Of a DNA stretch of 58,013 nucleotides, positions 46,446-56,230 are shown piece by piece. The stretch is from Lentisphaeria bacterium (lineage in GTDB: Bacteria; Verrucomicrobiota; Lentisphaeria; Victivallales; UBA1829). The DNA lies in contig JAFTJI010000077.1 in NCBI GenBank assembly GCA_017456495.1, positions 1-58,013 on the forward strand, read 5' to 3'. Position numbers and translations under genes: made by a program. Under the pieces are notes generated by a model that made no database searches, was not told the origin of the DNA, and saw nothing but the letters and a program-made list of their open reading frames with translations. The stretch's first letter is position 1; each line of letters starts with the position of its first letter.

Positions 46446-48020
46446 TTATTCTGATAAGTATTTCTTCAGATCATGCCATGCAAGTTTCGGCTTGCGGTAT
46501 TCGTCGACCAGTCCTTTGTTGTTGTAACCGCGCGGACGCATCATGATCCGCTCATTGTCGTCGACTTGTGTGTTGCAGAACTGCCAGTAAAGCACGCCGC
46601 TGTAACGGGGATCTTTCCGGATCAGTTTCAGTGTTGAAAGGATCAGCTGACTCTGATAATCTTCCGACCAGCGTCTGCCGCTGTGATCGCCGGGCAGGGC
46701 GGCTGCCCCGATTTCACTGATGATCATCGGCTTATCAGCCAACTCCGGTGTGCTGCGGACAAAATCTGCGATTCGGTCAAGTTCCGCCTTGATGATATTC
46801 TGATCAAAAAACGTATAAGTTCCGTTATACCAGCCAGGATAGGTGTTGAAAGCGGCAATATCCACAAGATCAAGACACTTGTCTCTGTCTGACATCATGG
46901 TTGCAAAAGTGACCAGCCGGGAAGAGTCTTCCGCTTTGACTGCAGTTGTCAGTTCCGCAATACACCTGCGTGCGCTGTCATCATTTGTGATTGCTTCGTT
47001 AAGGAATCCCCAGAAGACGATGCTGGGGTGGTTGATGCTGTTGCGGATCATCCGTTTCAGGGCGGATTTCTGACGGCGGATAAATTCGTCGTTGTTGAGC
47101 GAATCCAGCGGGTTCTCCCAGCCGAGAGACTCATCCCAGACAAGCAGACCGAGTTCATCAGCGAGATCCAGCATGTGTTCCGATTGCGGATAATGGGAAC
47201 CGCGGATGAAGTTCATACCGGAATCTTTGATCATCTGCAAATCAGCCTTGAGCTGTTCGTAAGGCATCGCTGCACCTGTCAGCGGATAAACGTCATGACG
47301 GTTCACTCCGACAATGTTCAATTCTTTGCCGTTGAGGTAAAGTTTTGCATTTTTTGATTCGATGGAACGCAGTCCGAAACGGGTTTTACAGCAATCGTCT
47401 CCGCAAGTGAGTTCCAGTGTGTAGAGATTCGGTTCATCCGGCGACCAGAGTTTTGGATCATTGATGGAGAACTCAAAATCTCCTGCACCGGGGAACTTCA
47501 TTGTCGTTCCGTCGGAAAGTTTTGCTGTGATCGGTTTTTCAGGACCATCCAGCTCAATATGCAGCTGAACCTTTCCGGAAAAGGGATCTGCGGGGATAAC
47601 TTTCACATAAGAAAAGCTTGTTTCCGGCAACTCTCTGATCGTGACATCGCGGTAGATCCCGCCGAAGCCGTAGAAGTCATAAAATCTACGGAATTCCGAT
47701 TCCGGAGTCTCCTGAATGGTGTTATCGCAAATGATTTTCAGCGTATGAACGCCTTTTTCTCCTGCATCAAAACGGATGGAAAGGGGCGTGTAAGCAGTGA
47801 GTTCTTCTCCGATTTTTTTATCATCCCAGAAAATTTCTGCCCGCAGTCCGATTCCTTCCAGGTGCAGTTCGCAGTATCCTCCGCATTGAACTTCGCGCCA
47901 ATAAGCGGCTTTCCCGCGTTTGCAATAATATTCCCCTGCTGCATCAAAACAGCTCGGGACTTGCATTTTTACCGATTTTCCATTTTCGAATGAAAAATTC
48001 CAAAGTCCATTCAAAAGCAT
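46446..48020 (-). CDS. GH2 family glycosidase, beta-glucuronidase-like, cytoplasmic
   Basis: NFIRGSHYPQSEHMLDLADELGLLVWDE, HPSIVFWGFLNEA (acid/base region) and MIISEIGAAA (nucleophile region). Confidence 0.8.
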   Translation of the reverse strand: MLLNGLWNFSFENGKSVKMQVPSCFDAAGEYYCKRGKAAYWREVQCGGYCELHLEGIGLRAEIFWDDKKIGEELTAYTPLSIRFDAGEKGVHTLKIICDNTIQETPESEFRRFYDFYGFGGIYRDVTIRELPETSFSYVKVIPADPFSGKVQLHIELDGPEKPITAKLSDGTTMKFPGAGDFEFSINDPKLWSPDEPNLYTLELTCGDDCCKTRFGLRSIESKNAKLYLNGKELNIVGVNRHDVYPLTGAAMPYEQLKADLQMIKDSGMNFIRGSHYPQSEHMLDLADELGLLVWDESLGWENPLDSLNNDEFIRRQKSALKRMIRNSINHPSIVFWGFLNEAITNDDSARRCIAELTTAVKAEDSSRLVTFATMMSDRDKCLDLVDIAAFNTYPGWYNGTYTFFDQNIIKAELDRIADFVRSTPELADKPMIISEIGAAALPGDHSGRRWSEDYQSQLILSTLKLIRKDPRYSGVLYWQFCNTQVDDNERIMMRPRGYNNKGLVDEYRKPKLAWHDLKKYLSE

Positions 48021-48043
48021 GATTTTTCCCTTCTGCCGAAAAG

Positions 48044-49870
48044 TTACTTGATCTTGTATTCCTTGGAAACAGAGCCGTCTTTACGGATCAGTTTGACAAC
48101 AAGAGAATCGCCTTTGGCTTCAACGATTGTCATACAGTTGTCGTAGGTAAAACGCATTCCCTCGTTGATGAACATTGCAAAGGGAACATTTGCCGTTGAG
48201 TGCTTCTTTTTTCCGTCGATTGTAACGGCTATATCGCTGTTTGCAGGAGCGAAATAGCCACGGTGAATATGTCCGGAAACCAGAAGGTCAAGGCGTTCTG
48301 ACGGAGCTTTCCCGGTAAAGATCCCGTTCATGACATTCAGAATCGTCCGTGCATAACCTGATCTCGGGGAGAGCGTCGGAAAATGGGCAAACATGATCCG
48401 GTGTTTTGCTGTTTGAAATTCCGGCGTTTTAACTGCTTTTTTCAGCCATTCCCGCTGCTTGGAGTTCCATACATCCAATCCGATAATACAGACATCTCCG
48501 AACCGGTTGATGGAATATCCCCGGAAGTCAGGCGTTCCGAAAACGTCAAAGAATGTGTTCGGGGAGCATCCGGCATATTCATGGTTTCCGCGGAAGTTGA
48601 GGATCGGCTTTTTGCTTGCAAACGAGAGCTGTGCATCAAGATATCCGTGGAAAATTGAACGGATCCCTGTGCTGTTGGATATCATATCGCCCACATTCAC
48701 CAGAATATCACAGCTGTCCATCAGCTTTTTATTGTCAAGAAGCGGTTTCAAACCATAACCTTCATTATGGACATCCGTGAAAACTCCGATCGTCAGATCT
48801 TTTTTTCCATGAGTGGTAAATGTATAGAGTGAACCATCCTGCGGAAAAGTTACTGCCGGGGAATAGGTTCCGTTCACATTCTCAATTTTGTATTCATAAA
48901 CAGTGCCTTTTGCCAGCCCTTTCAGCTGAACTTTATGAAGCCTCTGGTCTCTGTCCCAGCTGTTGTTCCTGTCCCATGATCTGACAGCTTTGAATTTTGT
49001 TTCGCCTTTTTTCCGGTAGTAAAGTGTGGAACCGGTTCTTCCGTAGTTGAACCATCCGATATTCATTTCTGTTTCAGAAGCAGCATAAAGCCAGGGACCA
49101 TAAATGATTTTTTCCGCCGGAACAGAACGCTCGGCTGAAAGCTTTTCATATTCGGCGCGGGAGAGCTTCTTATCGGAATAGTAGTGAAACTTAAGCTGAG
49201 CAGCGGTATCATACGAACCGAGAATCAGTTCGGGATAACGGGGGATATTCTGGAAGTCATTTCCGACATTCTGCCAGACAACATAAGTTTTATATTTCGG
49301 GATAAGCCGTGCAATATGGAATTTCAGAGAAGAATCCACAAGATTCGGCTGGATCATCGAAAGTTTGAGACGCATTTCGGTTGTCCAGTAATCATCGAAG
49401 ATTTTGCTCTTGTGTTCCCACTTGCCATTAGAAGCATAACGGTGGGTGCCGGAGCCCCAACAGAACTGATAAACGCTTGGTTCGGGATTCATTCCGCCGA
49501 GGAAGAGCTCAATGCAGTCTCCAGCCCAGAGATTACCTTTGTCGACTGGTCTGGTATCTTCCCGTTTATCATAACATTTCATACCGATATAAAGATATTC
49601 TCCATCATGAAAAACACGAACTTCTGTTTTGGAATCCGGCATTTTCTTTGTCCGGAAAGGAACAAAGTCATCAAAGAAACCGGCTTTCTTCCAGTTGGAT
49701 TCTCTGAGTTCTCCATCAAGAGTCATTTTCCCGTTCAGATAAGGTGCTGCAATAGCTTTGCTGTATGAGACAGTCGAATTTTTTACTGATTTTTCGATCA
49801 TGTTGATTGTACTGCATCCGGTGAAGAGGACCGCAGCGGCTGCGGAGAGCAGCAGAAAACACTTGTTCAT
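48044..49870 (-). CDS. Lipoprotein metallophosphoesterase with an N-terminal CBM9-like module and a purple-acid-phosphatase-like beta domain
   Basis: I set the start at 49870, giving MNKCFLLLSAAAAVLFTGC (a lipobox). Calcineurin-like motifs are GVFTDVHN, NVGDMISN, FRGNHEY and VSGHIHRG. The N-terminal LDGELRESNWKKAGFFDDF...EYLYIGMKC is CBM9-like. Confidence 0.75.
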   Translation of the reverse strand: MNKCFLLLSAAAAVLFTGCSTINMIEKSVKNSTVSYSKAIAAPYLNGKMTLDGELRESNWKKAGFFDDFVPFRTKKMPDSKTEVRVFHDGEYLYIGMKCYDKREDTRPVDKGNLWAGDCIELFLGGMNPEPSVYQFCWGSGTHRYASNGKWEHKSKIFDDYWTTEMRLKLSMIQPNLVDSSLKFHIARLIPKYKTYVVWQNVGNDFQNIPRYPELILGSYDTAAQLKFHYYSDKKLSRAEYEKLSAERSVPAEKIIYGPWLYAASETEMNIGWFNYGRTGSTLYYRKKGETKFKAVRSWDRNNSWDRDQRLHKVQLKGLAKGTVYEYKIENVNGTYSPAVTFPQDGSLYTFTTHGKKDLTIGVFTDVHNEGYGLKPLLDNKKLMDSCDILVNVGDMISNSTGIRSIFHGYLDAQLSFASKKPILNFRGNHEYAGCSPNTFFDVFGTPDFRGYSINRFGDVCIIGLDVWNSKQREWLKKAVKTPEFQTAKHRIMFAHFPTLSPRSGYARTILNVMNGIFTGKAPSERLDLLVSGHIHRGYFAPANSDIAVTIDGKKKHSTANVPFAMFINEGMRFTYDNCMTIVEAKGDSLVVKLIRKDGSVSKEYKIK

Positions 49871-52092
49871 GATAAAACCTTTCTGATATTGTAAGTTCTT
49901 TTTGTGTTGCCTGAAATATTTTCTGCAATGCTGTTCAAACGGCATTTGCAGGAGAGTGTGCCTGTCAAAGCGATCTCTGCTTTGATGACTCCGCTCTTTT
50001 TCCGTTCCCATTTTACAGTGACGGTTCCTTTTTCCGGGATTTCACAGGAACATTCAAAGCGGTCCAATCCGTTTACAAAAACAGGTGACCAGGTGAGATC
50101 TCCGCCATCAAGACGGATCCCGCCCAGATGTTCCATGCACCAGTTCGGGATATCGCCGAACATGATATGATTCCGGGACCAGAGACCGCTCCATGTTTCC
50201 CAGAGCGTGGTTGCTCCGAGTTTCACCCAGTTGCCCCAGCCGGGATATTCCGGCTGAGTAAAAAGTTTCAATGCATCATCGGCATAGCCGTGCCATGCAA
50301 GAACATGGGGAACATACTTTGCTCCGAGGATCCCGAAGTCGACTTTATGTTCATTTGCCCGGACCTTTTCCACCAGTCTTTTTGCGATGACAGGAGCTTC
50401 TGCTTCATCGGCAAACCCGAAGAATACCGCGCAGCCGAGAGCTGTCCAGGTGTCATCTCCAACGATACCGTCTTCTTTGAAAAATGCTTTCCGGAACGCC
50501 TCTCTGATCCGGGCAGAAAGTTTTTGATAACGTTTTTGATCTTCAGCTTTTCCGAGCAGTCCGGCAAAGAATACCATCTTTTTTGCCATATCATAATAGC
50601 ATCCTGTGGAGGTGATGACTGCTTTTGTCATACGGAAATGTTCCACCGGACACCAGTCGCCCAGCCCGTTATAGAGCAGTCCGTCATCCTGTTCCATCTG
50701 GGCGCAGAAGTCAAGATACCGCTCCATGTTGGGATAGTACCGTTCAATATACTCTTTGTTTCCGGTGAACCGGTAGATCTGGTATGGCAGGACGAAGAGT
50801 ACCATATCCCAAGCCGGACCGCAGCCCCAGTTATAGCCCCAGACTCCTGACGGTGCAATACAGGGCAAGTGCCCGTTGGGTCTTTGTGTTCCGATGACAC
50901 AATCAAGAAAATGTCCGTAGTCAGTTTCCGCATTATAGAGGAATAATCCTGTTTCGCATGCAAGCTGAACATCGCCGGTCCAGCCGTTCTTTTCCCGGTG
51001 CGGGCAATCTGTCGGGATCCCCATGAAATTGGATTCATAACTCCGTTTCGTCAGTGTCAGCAGTGCGTTTAACGTGGAATCTGATGAAGAATAACTTCCG
51101 ATTTCCCGGAAAGAATTATGGATCACACACGCCTGAATCTTTTCGATTTTGATGTCGGGATGTTCTGCCCGCATGCGGACATACCTGAATCCGTACCAGG
51201 TAAAACGGGCATGAACGTTTTCCAGCCGTCCGGAAGGTCCGACCGTAAACCGGTCTTCCTGAAAAACACTGGAATTATCAAGAAAATGAATAAACTCCCG
51301 TTCGACATCTCCGTTATCGCGGACCATTTCTCCGTATTCAAGATAGATCGTTGTTCCCGGAGGCGCAGTAAAAGTCAGCTCGCACCATCCGGCAATATTC
51401 ACACCGAAGTCATAAATGATGCGTCCGAAAGGAAATACCTTTTTGCCGACAGGATCGATTTTCTGATGAACTTTGCAGGGGTGTCCCTGTTCCGGTTTGA
51501 TAATGCCGCCCGGAGGATGACAGAGTTTGATTTCTTCCCATGCAGAATCATCGGTTCCCGGTTCATGAACTCCCGGAGTTTCTTTGTTTGCATCATAAAA
51601 TTCACCGTGCCGGAGAGAATTGAAGACGACTCCGGAGGGCGCAGATTTCCAGGTACCGTCAGTTTTGACGAGTACGGTGTTTTCCGTTTCGATATAAGCC
51701 ATGACTTTCGGGAAGTCCCGGAAAGGGGCATGGTCAAGATTGGAATAATCTTTTTCCCAGCAATTATAAAATCCGTTGCCGAGTAAGAATACAATGACAT
51801 TTTTACCGGGTTTCAGAAGATGCGCCACTGGATAAACGGTGTATTCCACGAATTTGTCATACTGCCCCGGGGCAGGGGTGAGGACTCTTTCCGGATCGGC
51901 GGGTTGTCCGTTGATATAGACTTCATAGAAACCTGCGGCGGCACAAAAGAGATTTGCCTCCTGCGGCAGTTCTGCAACTTCAAATGTTTTCCGGATCCAG
52001 TAAGCATGTCCCTGATTTTCGACAGGCTTCTGGATCCATTTCGCAAGGTAAATATTCATTATCCGGGATATTCCTTTCATGTTGTCATTCAT
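49867..52092 (-). CDS. GH78 alpha-L-rhamnosidase, cytoplasmic
   Basis: The canonical block IPTDCPHREKNGWTGD sits in a six-hairpin region. The start may be the internal ATG at 52059 (MNIYLAKW), which is preceded by AAAGGAA. Confidence 0.85.
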   Translation of the reverse strand: MNDNMKGISRIMNIYLAKWIQKPVENQGHAYWIRKTFEVAELPQEANLFCAAAGFYEVYINGQPADPERVLTPAPGQYDKFVEYTVYPVAHLLKPGKNVIVFLLGNGFYNCWEKDYSNLDHAPFRDFPKVMAYIETENTVLVKTDGTWKSAPSGVVFNSLRHGEFYDANKETPGVHEPGTDDSAWEEIKLCHPPGGIIKPEQGHPCKVHQKIDPVGKKVFPFGRIIYDFGVNIAGWCELTFTAPPGTTIYLEYGEMVRDNGDVEREFIHFLDNSSVFQEDRFTVGPSGRLENVHARFTWYGFRYVRMRAEHPDIKIEKIQACVIHNSFREIGSYSSSDSTLNALLTLTKRSYESNFMGIPTDCPHREKNGWTGDVQLACETGLFLYNAETDYGHFLDCVIGTQRPNGHLPCIAPSGVWGYNWGCGPAWDMVLFVLPYQIYRFTGNKEYIERYYPNMERYLDFCAQMEQDDGLLYNGLGDWCPVEHFRMTKAVITSTGCYYDMAKKMVFFAGLLGKAEDQKRYQKLSARIREAFRKAFFKEDGIVGDDTWTALGCAVFFGFADEAEAPVIAKRLVEKVRANEHKVDFGILGAKYVPHVLAWHGYADDALKLFTQPEYPGWGNWVKLGATTLWETWSGLWSRNHIMFGDIPNWCMEHLGGIRLDGGDLTWSPVFVNGLDRFECSCEIPEKGTVTVKWERKKSGVIKAEIALTGTLSCKCRLNSIAENISGNTKRTYNIRKVLS

Positions 52093-52179
52093 TAATGAAA
52101 TATATACCCGGATTTAGATTTTACAAGTTTTTTTGAGTCTGTTTCCTTGAGAGATTTGCAGTTTTTTCCGTTAAAATTT

Positions 52180-54120
52180 TTACTGTCCGACCTCAAGAGA
52201 GATCAATGCAAAACCTTTGAATACCGGTACAGTAATTTCTATTGTATCCCCGTTGATCGTATAATCAACCGCCGCTCCTGTTGGTGCAAGCGTGACCGCT
52301 TTTACTTTTTTACCTGGGAGATTCAACCGGAATTTTCCATCCATTACAGCCATTGCATCTTCTACAACGGTCGCGTCCCCGCGCCGTTCCGGAGCATAGG
52401 CAACAAGATTGACATTGATCCGTCCGGGCTGCTGAGCAACTGTTGTCCGGACAAATCCGGGCAGACTGATATTTTCCAGCAGGAGCGGTGATGCCAATTC
52501 GTTGATACAGTTTTTCAGCAGTTCCCGCAGATGGAGTGCACCGCGGTAATAGTAGCCGGAGAACAGATCCCCGGAACACCAGATCCGATTCTGCTTCTTT
52601 GTCAGGAACGGAATATCGGTCACTTTGTCCGGCGGAATATAGAACTGGGCATAAACGCCGTTCCACTCTTTCTTGCAATATGCTTTGATCAGCGGAGCCA
52701 CAAATTCTGCATCTTTCAAACTTGCTTTGGTTGCGTTGGCATACAGCGAATGCGGCATGTCTTCAATATTCTTTGACATCGCCCCGGAGAGAGCGAAATA
52801 AACCGTTGTTTCGTCCAGATCCCCTTCGCAGACAATTCCCAGTTCATCGCCGAACGCCTCTGCGGCATTTTTTCCGCATGCAAAGAAGGCTTTCCCGGCT
52901 GCCATATGCTTTTTGATCCGTTCTTTCATCCGGTCGGAGATCACAATGTCTTCCGGAAGGACCAGAAGTTTGTACTGGTCCCATTCTTTATCACAATCAG
53001 CCAGAACGATATCGAACTGAACTTTCAGCTCATCCAGCATGCGAACTGCACTGGTAACTGATTTTGTATAACGCATCTCATGACGGTCTTCCGGATATAC
53101 GATCGCAACATCTGTCAGGTTTTCTGCGCCGATATGCCAGTCATCATATACTCTCAGCTTGGAATAAACTTCGGAAATCCGGTCAAAGACAGCCAGATCT
53201 TTATCGCCTCTCGGATGAAAATGTCCGGCAATATTCGGGCGCATACCATGAGATAACCCGTAGAACATATCAAATTCAAGGCTCTCTGCGCCGCGCAGTC
53301 CGCCAAAGTCGCCCCAGTCATAAAAACGTCCGGTCATATTGAGAATCTGTTTCCCTGGTGTGATATTCCGGATATAGTGCGCCATCGTCGGCAGGAACTC
53401 ATACCCCCAACCCGCAGTAGGAAGACATTCGCAGTCGTAGAATGTGTCAAGATCCCTGACCGTTCCGAACGCGGGACCGTTGAAATAGAGCATGGGATCC
53501 GGAATCACTGACTTGACTGTTGCTGCGATATCTCTGCAAAGATTGACCGCTGACTTCCGGCTGAACTCAACCACTTCTTCTTTCTTCGTCCAGTCGGTCC
53601 CAAGTTCTTTCATCTTTGTCACGCATGTATTGCAAACGCAGGGATAGCTTTGCAGACAATCAATGAAAAATCCCTGAACCGGATAATTTCCCGCAATTTC
53701 CCGGATCATGGCAAGAAGATGATCCCGGTAGCCGGAGTTGTAACACATCGTGTAAGCGTAAGGCGTGACCTTCCCGAAATGTCCAAGTCCCGGCATATAA
53801 ACGGTTCTCCATTCCGGATGGGCAACTGCTTCCATATTGCTGATCCCTCCGTTGAGATATGCGGCAACGGCAATTCCTTTTCTGGCACAGGCTTCTGTAA
53901 GCTGTCCGAACAGATCATAGGTCAGGGCAGGGTGTTTGATCCCGATTTTCGTATCGTAATAAGCCATTCCCTGATTGCAGCGGGCATGAAAACCGAGATA
54001 ATCCGCACCGCAGCGTTTGAGCTGGTCTGTAAAATATTCCGCATCAAAATCTTTTCCGACGTCCGGATTATCAAAGTGTGTGTGATTGTCGTAAAACAAT
54101 CCGTACTTTACCTTATGCAT
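52180..54120 (-). CDS. Putative TIM-barrel glycoside hydrolase (GHL6 / GH42-like architecture), cytoplasmic
   Basis: The N-terminal GADYLGFHARCNQGMAYYDTK...GIAVAAYLNGG resembles fucosidase/GHL6-type barrels, and it is followed by a flavodoxin-like middle domain. The family call is tentative. Confidence 0.45.
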   Translation of the reverse strand: MHKVKYGLFYDNHTHFDNPDVGKDFDAEYFTDQLKRCGADYLGFHARCNQGMAYYDTKIGIKHPALTYDLFGQLTEACARKGIAVAAYLNGGISNMEAVAHPEWRTVYMPGLGHFGKVTPYAYTMCYNSGYRDHLLAMIREIAGNYPVQGFFIDCLQSYPCVCNTCVTKMKELGTDWTKKEEVVEFSRKSAVNLCRDIAATVKSVIPDPMLYFNGPAFGTVRDLDTFYDCECLPTAGWGYEFLPTMAHYIRNITPGKQILNMTGRFYDWGDFGGLRGAESLEFDMFYGLSHGMRPNIAGHFHPRGDKDLAVFDRISEVYSKLRVYDDWHIGAENLTDVAIVYPEDRHEMRYTKSVTSAVRMLDELKVQFDIVLADCDKEWDQYKLLVLPEDIVISDRMKERIKKHMAAGKAFFACGKNAAEAFGDELGIVCEGDLDETTVYFALSGAMSKNIEDMPHSLYANATKASLKDAEFVAPLIKAYCKKEWNGVYAQFYIPPDKVTDIPFLTKKQNRIWCSGDLFSGYYYRGALHLRELLKNCINELASPLLLENISLPGFVRTTVAQQPGRINVNLVAYAPERRGDATVVEDAMAVMDGKFRLNLPGKKVKAVTLAPTGAAVDYTINGDTIEITVPVFKGFALISLEVGQ

Positions 54121-54247
54121 GCTGCACCTCTTTTGCGTATGATTGAAAATATTCGAGTAAAATATTTAACGTAAATGTTTACTCTTTATTATCATTTTAG
54201 CACATAACAACTGATTTGTCAAGTGGCTTTATATACTTTTCTGGCAA

Positions 54248-54275
54248 AAAAGATTTGAAATATTTCAAATCTTTT
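54248..54275. promoter_or_regulatory. Perfect 28-bp palindrome in a divergent AT-rich intergenic region
   Basis: AAAAGATTTGAAAT|ATTTCAAATCTTTT, verified base by base. It lies between the divergent starts at 54120 and 54393. Confidence 0.4.
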
Positions 54276-54392
54276 ACAGTATCCGGAGTAAAAAATATGT
54301 CTTGCTGTGAAATGTTGGAATTTTTCTTGTAAAATAAGTGGTTATGTGCTATATTAACAGGTTTTTAACAGCTTTTATATGAGGTTTTTTGA

Positions 54393-56171
54393 ATGAATAA
54401 ACAGAACTCAAGAGTGACTGCAAAAGAAAAAACAGTTGAAATATGCCGGATCGTACTGAGGAAAATCCTTCAGTTTTTTCGCAGTTGCAACATTTCTCCG
54501 GGAGAATTGGGATATCTTGCTTTGATGTATGTCCTGCTGTTGACTGTCAATTATTTTCTGATCGCCATGAACGGCTTTGCGATTTCCTATTATAAAACCT
54601 GGCCGGCAATCTCCTGTATTGATAATCTGAGTTATTTTTATCTCTTTTTGCTGCTTGGTCACTTCCTGTGCAGGCGCAGTCCCTGGTACTGCTGGGGACT
54701 GCTGACTCTCCACTTTATAATCCTTTTTATACTGCTTTCGATCTATTTTACGACTGGAACCTTTTTCTGTGAATCGATCCTTTATCTCGTTTATGATACT
54801 ACCTGGGAAGAGACAAAAGGATTTATTTCTGCGTATGTTTCTATAAAAAGTATTCTGTATATGATTGGAGTCGGTATTGCTTATTTTGTTCCGCTTTACT
54901 TTGCGATGAAGTTATACAAGCCGAATAAAAAATACACTCGCGGCGATTGCTGGCTTATCCTTGCCATCCTGCTTGCTTCTATTCCTTTTTTCAAGGATGT
55001 TTATCAAAACAGTAAAGACAGCAAAGATTGGTATGCTCCTTTTGAACACTGCTGGAATCTGCATCCGTTTTCATCTGTTTGGCTTCACATTGATATCTTT
55101 AATAAACATGCCGGTGAATTTACAATGGAAATGCGGCGGCGTAAAGCTCCTGATTTTGTGGTACTGCAGGATAATGTCAGAAAAAATCCGCCTGTCGGTA
55201 TTCTTGTAATTGGCGAATCTTCGATCCGTTCCCATCTTTCCATCTATGGATACCAGCGTAATACTACACCATATCTTTTGAAAGAAAAAGAACAGATTAT
55301 TGCATTTGATGATACTGTCGCAGTTCTTCCGATGACGATTACCGCATTGAAATACTGGTTGACCAATATGACTCTGGACAACCGGCACGTTACATGGACG
55401 ATCTTTGATGCTTTGAAAAAAGCCGGTTATGAAATTGATATCATAACCAATCAAAACAAATCCGGTTGGGCAGATTCCCCGCTGCAGATGATTTTTTCTA
55501 CGGCGGATTCCGTTACTTACATGCACGAGGAAAATTACAGTGATTTGGATCATTCCCGCAACAGGGATATTTGCGATGAAAACGTGATTGAACCGTTCCG
55601 AAACCTCTTGAACAGAATTAAAACGAAAAAGTCAGGAAAACCTCATCTGATCATCGTTCATCTGTTCGGGAGTCATGAACCATTCTTCTCCAGATATCCG
55701 CAGAATTATACCCGCGAATTTCTGGATGATACCAACGTTCCGAATTTGATAAATGAATATGATACCTCTGTACATTATACAGATTTTGTTATCGGAAATC
55801 TTCTTGATGAACTGAAAAAAATTGATCGACCCGCGTATATGATCTATTTTTCAGACCACGGCTCAAAATGCGATGATCAAGATCTGCGGACTCCCATGTC
55901 AGAAGCAAATACCGCTTACGAGATCCCTTTCCTGATTTGGACAAATCAGCAGTACCGTTCCATAATTCCGGGAACGTTTAAGAGAATGCAGAACTCCCGA
56001 CAGGTTCCATTGCAGGCAGACCGTGCTCATTACGGGTTGTTGGAAATGATGGGACTGCGTTTCCTGAAAGATGTTGAAAAAGAAAATTTCCTGTCTGATA
56101 ATTTCATAAGACATCCCCGTTTTATTCTCGAAGGGGAAAGACCTTACAAAAAAGATTCCTCTGCAAAATAA
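54393..56171 (+). CDS. Phosphoethanolamine transferase family membrane protein (EptA/CptA-like; sulfatase-fold domain)
   Basis: It has N-terminal TM helices, then ILVIGESSIRSHLSIYGYQRNTTPYL, HLFGSHEPFFSRYP, YDTSVHYTDFVIGNLL and IYFSDHGS. Confidence 0.8.
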   Translation: MNKQNSRVTAKEKTVEICRIVLRKILQFFRSCNISPGELGYLALMYVLLLTVNYFLIAMNGFAISYYKTWPAISCIDNLSYFYLFLLLGHFLCRRSPWYCWGLLTLHFIILFILLSIYFTTGTFFCESILYLVYDTTWEETKGFISAYVSIKSILYMIGVGIAYFVPLYFAMKLYKPNKKYTRGDCWLILAILLASIPFFKDVYQNSKDSKDWYAPFEHCWNLHPFSSVWLHIDIFNKHAGEFTMEMRRRKAPDFVVLQDNVRKNPPVGILVIGESSIRSHLSIYGYQRNTTPYLLKEKEQIIAFDDTVAVLPMTITALKYWLTNMTLDNRHVTWTIFDALKKAGYEIDIITNQNKSGWADSPLQMIFSTADSVTYMHEENYSDLDHSRNRDICDENVIEPFRNLLNRIKTKKSGKPHLIIVHLFGSHEPFFSRYPQNYTREFLDDTNVPNLINEYDTSVHYTDFVIGNLLDELKKIDRPAYMIYFSDHGSKCDDQDLRTPMSEANTAYEIPFLIWTNQQYRSIIPGTFKRMQNSRQVPLQADRAHYGLLEMMGLRFLKDVEKENFLSDNFIRHPRFILEGERPYKKDSSAK

Positions 56172-56230
56172 AAAAAGAACCGCCGGCAGTTTACGCCAAC
56201 GGTTCTGAATTCTTTTCTGTATGACCGGAA

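Noticed and set aside
56177-56205. The hairpin GAACCG...CGGTTC between the convergent ept and GH4 genes, considered as a bidirectional terminator.
   Set aside because: The stem is only 6-7 bp, the loop is 17 nt, and the U-tract is poor. This is too weak to call.
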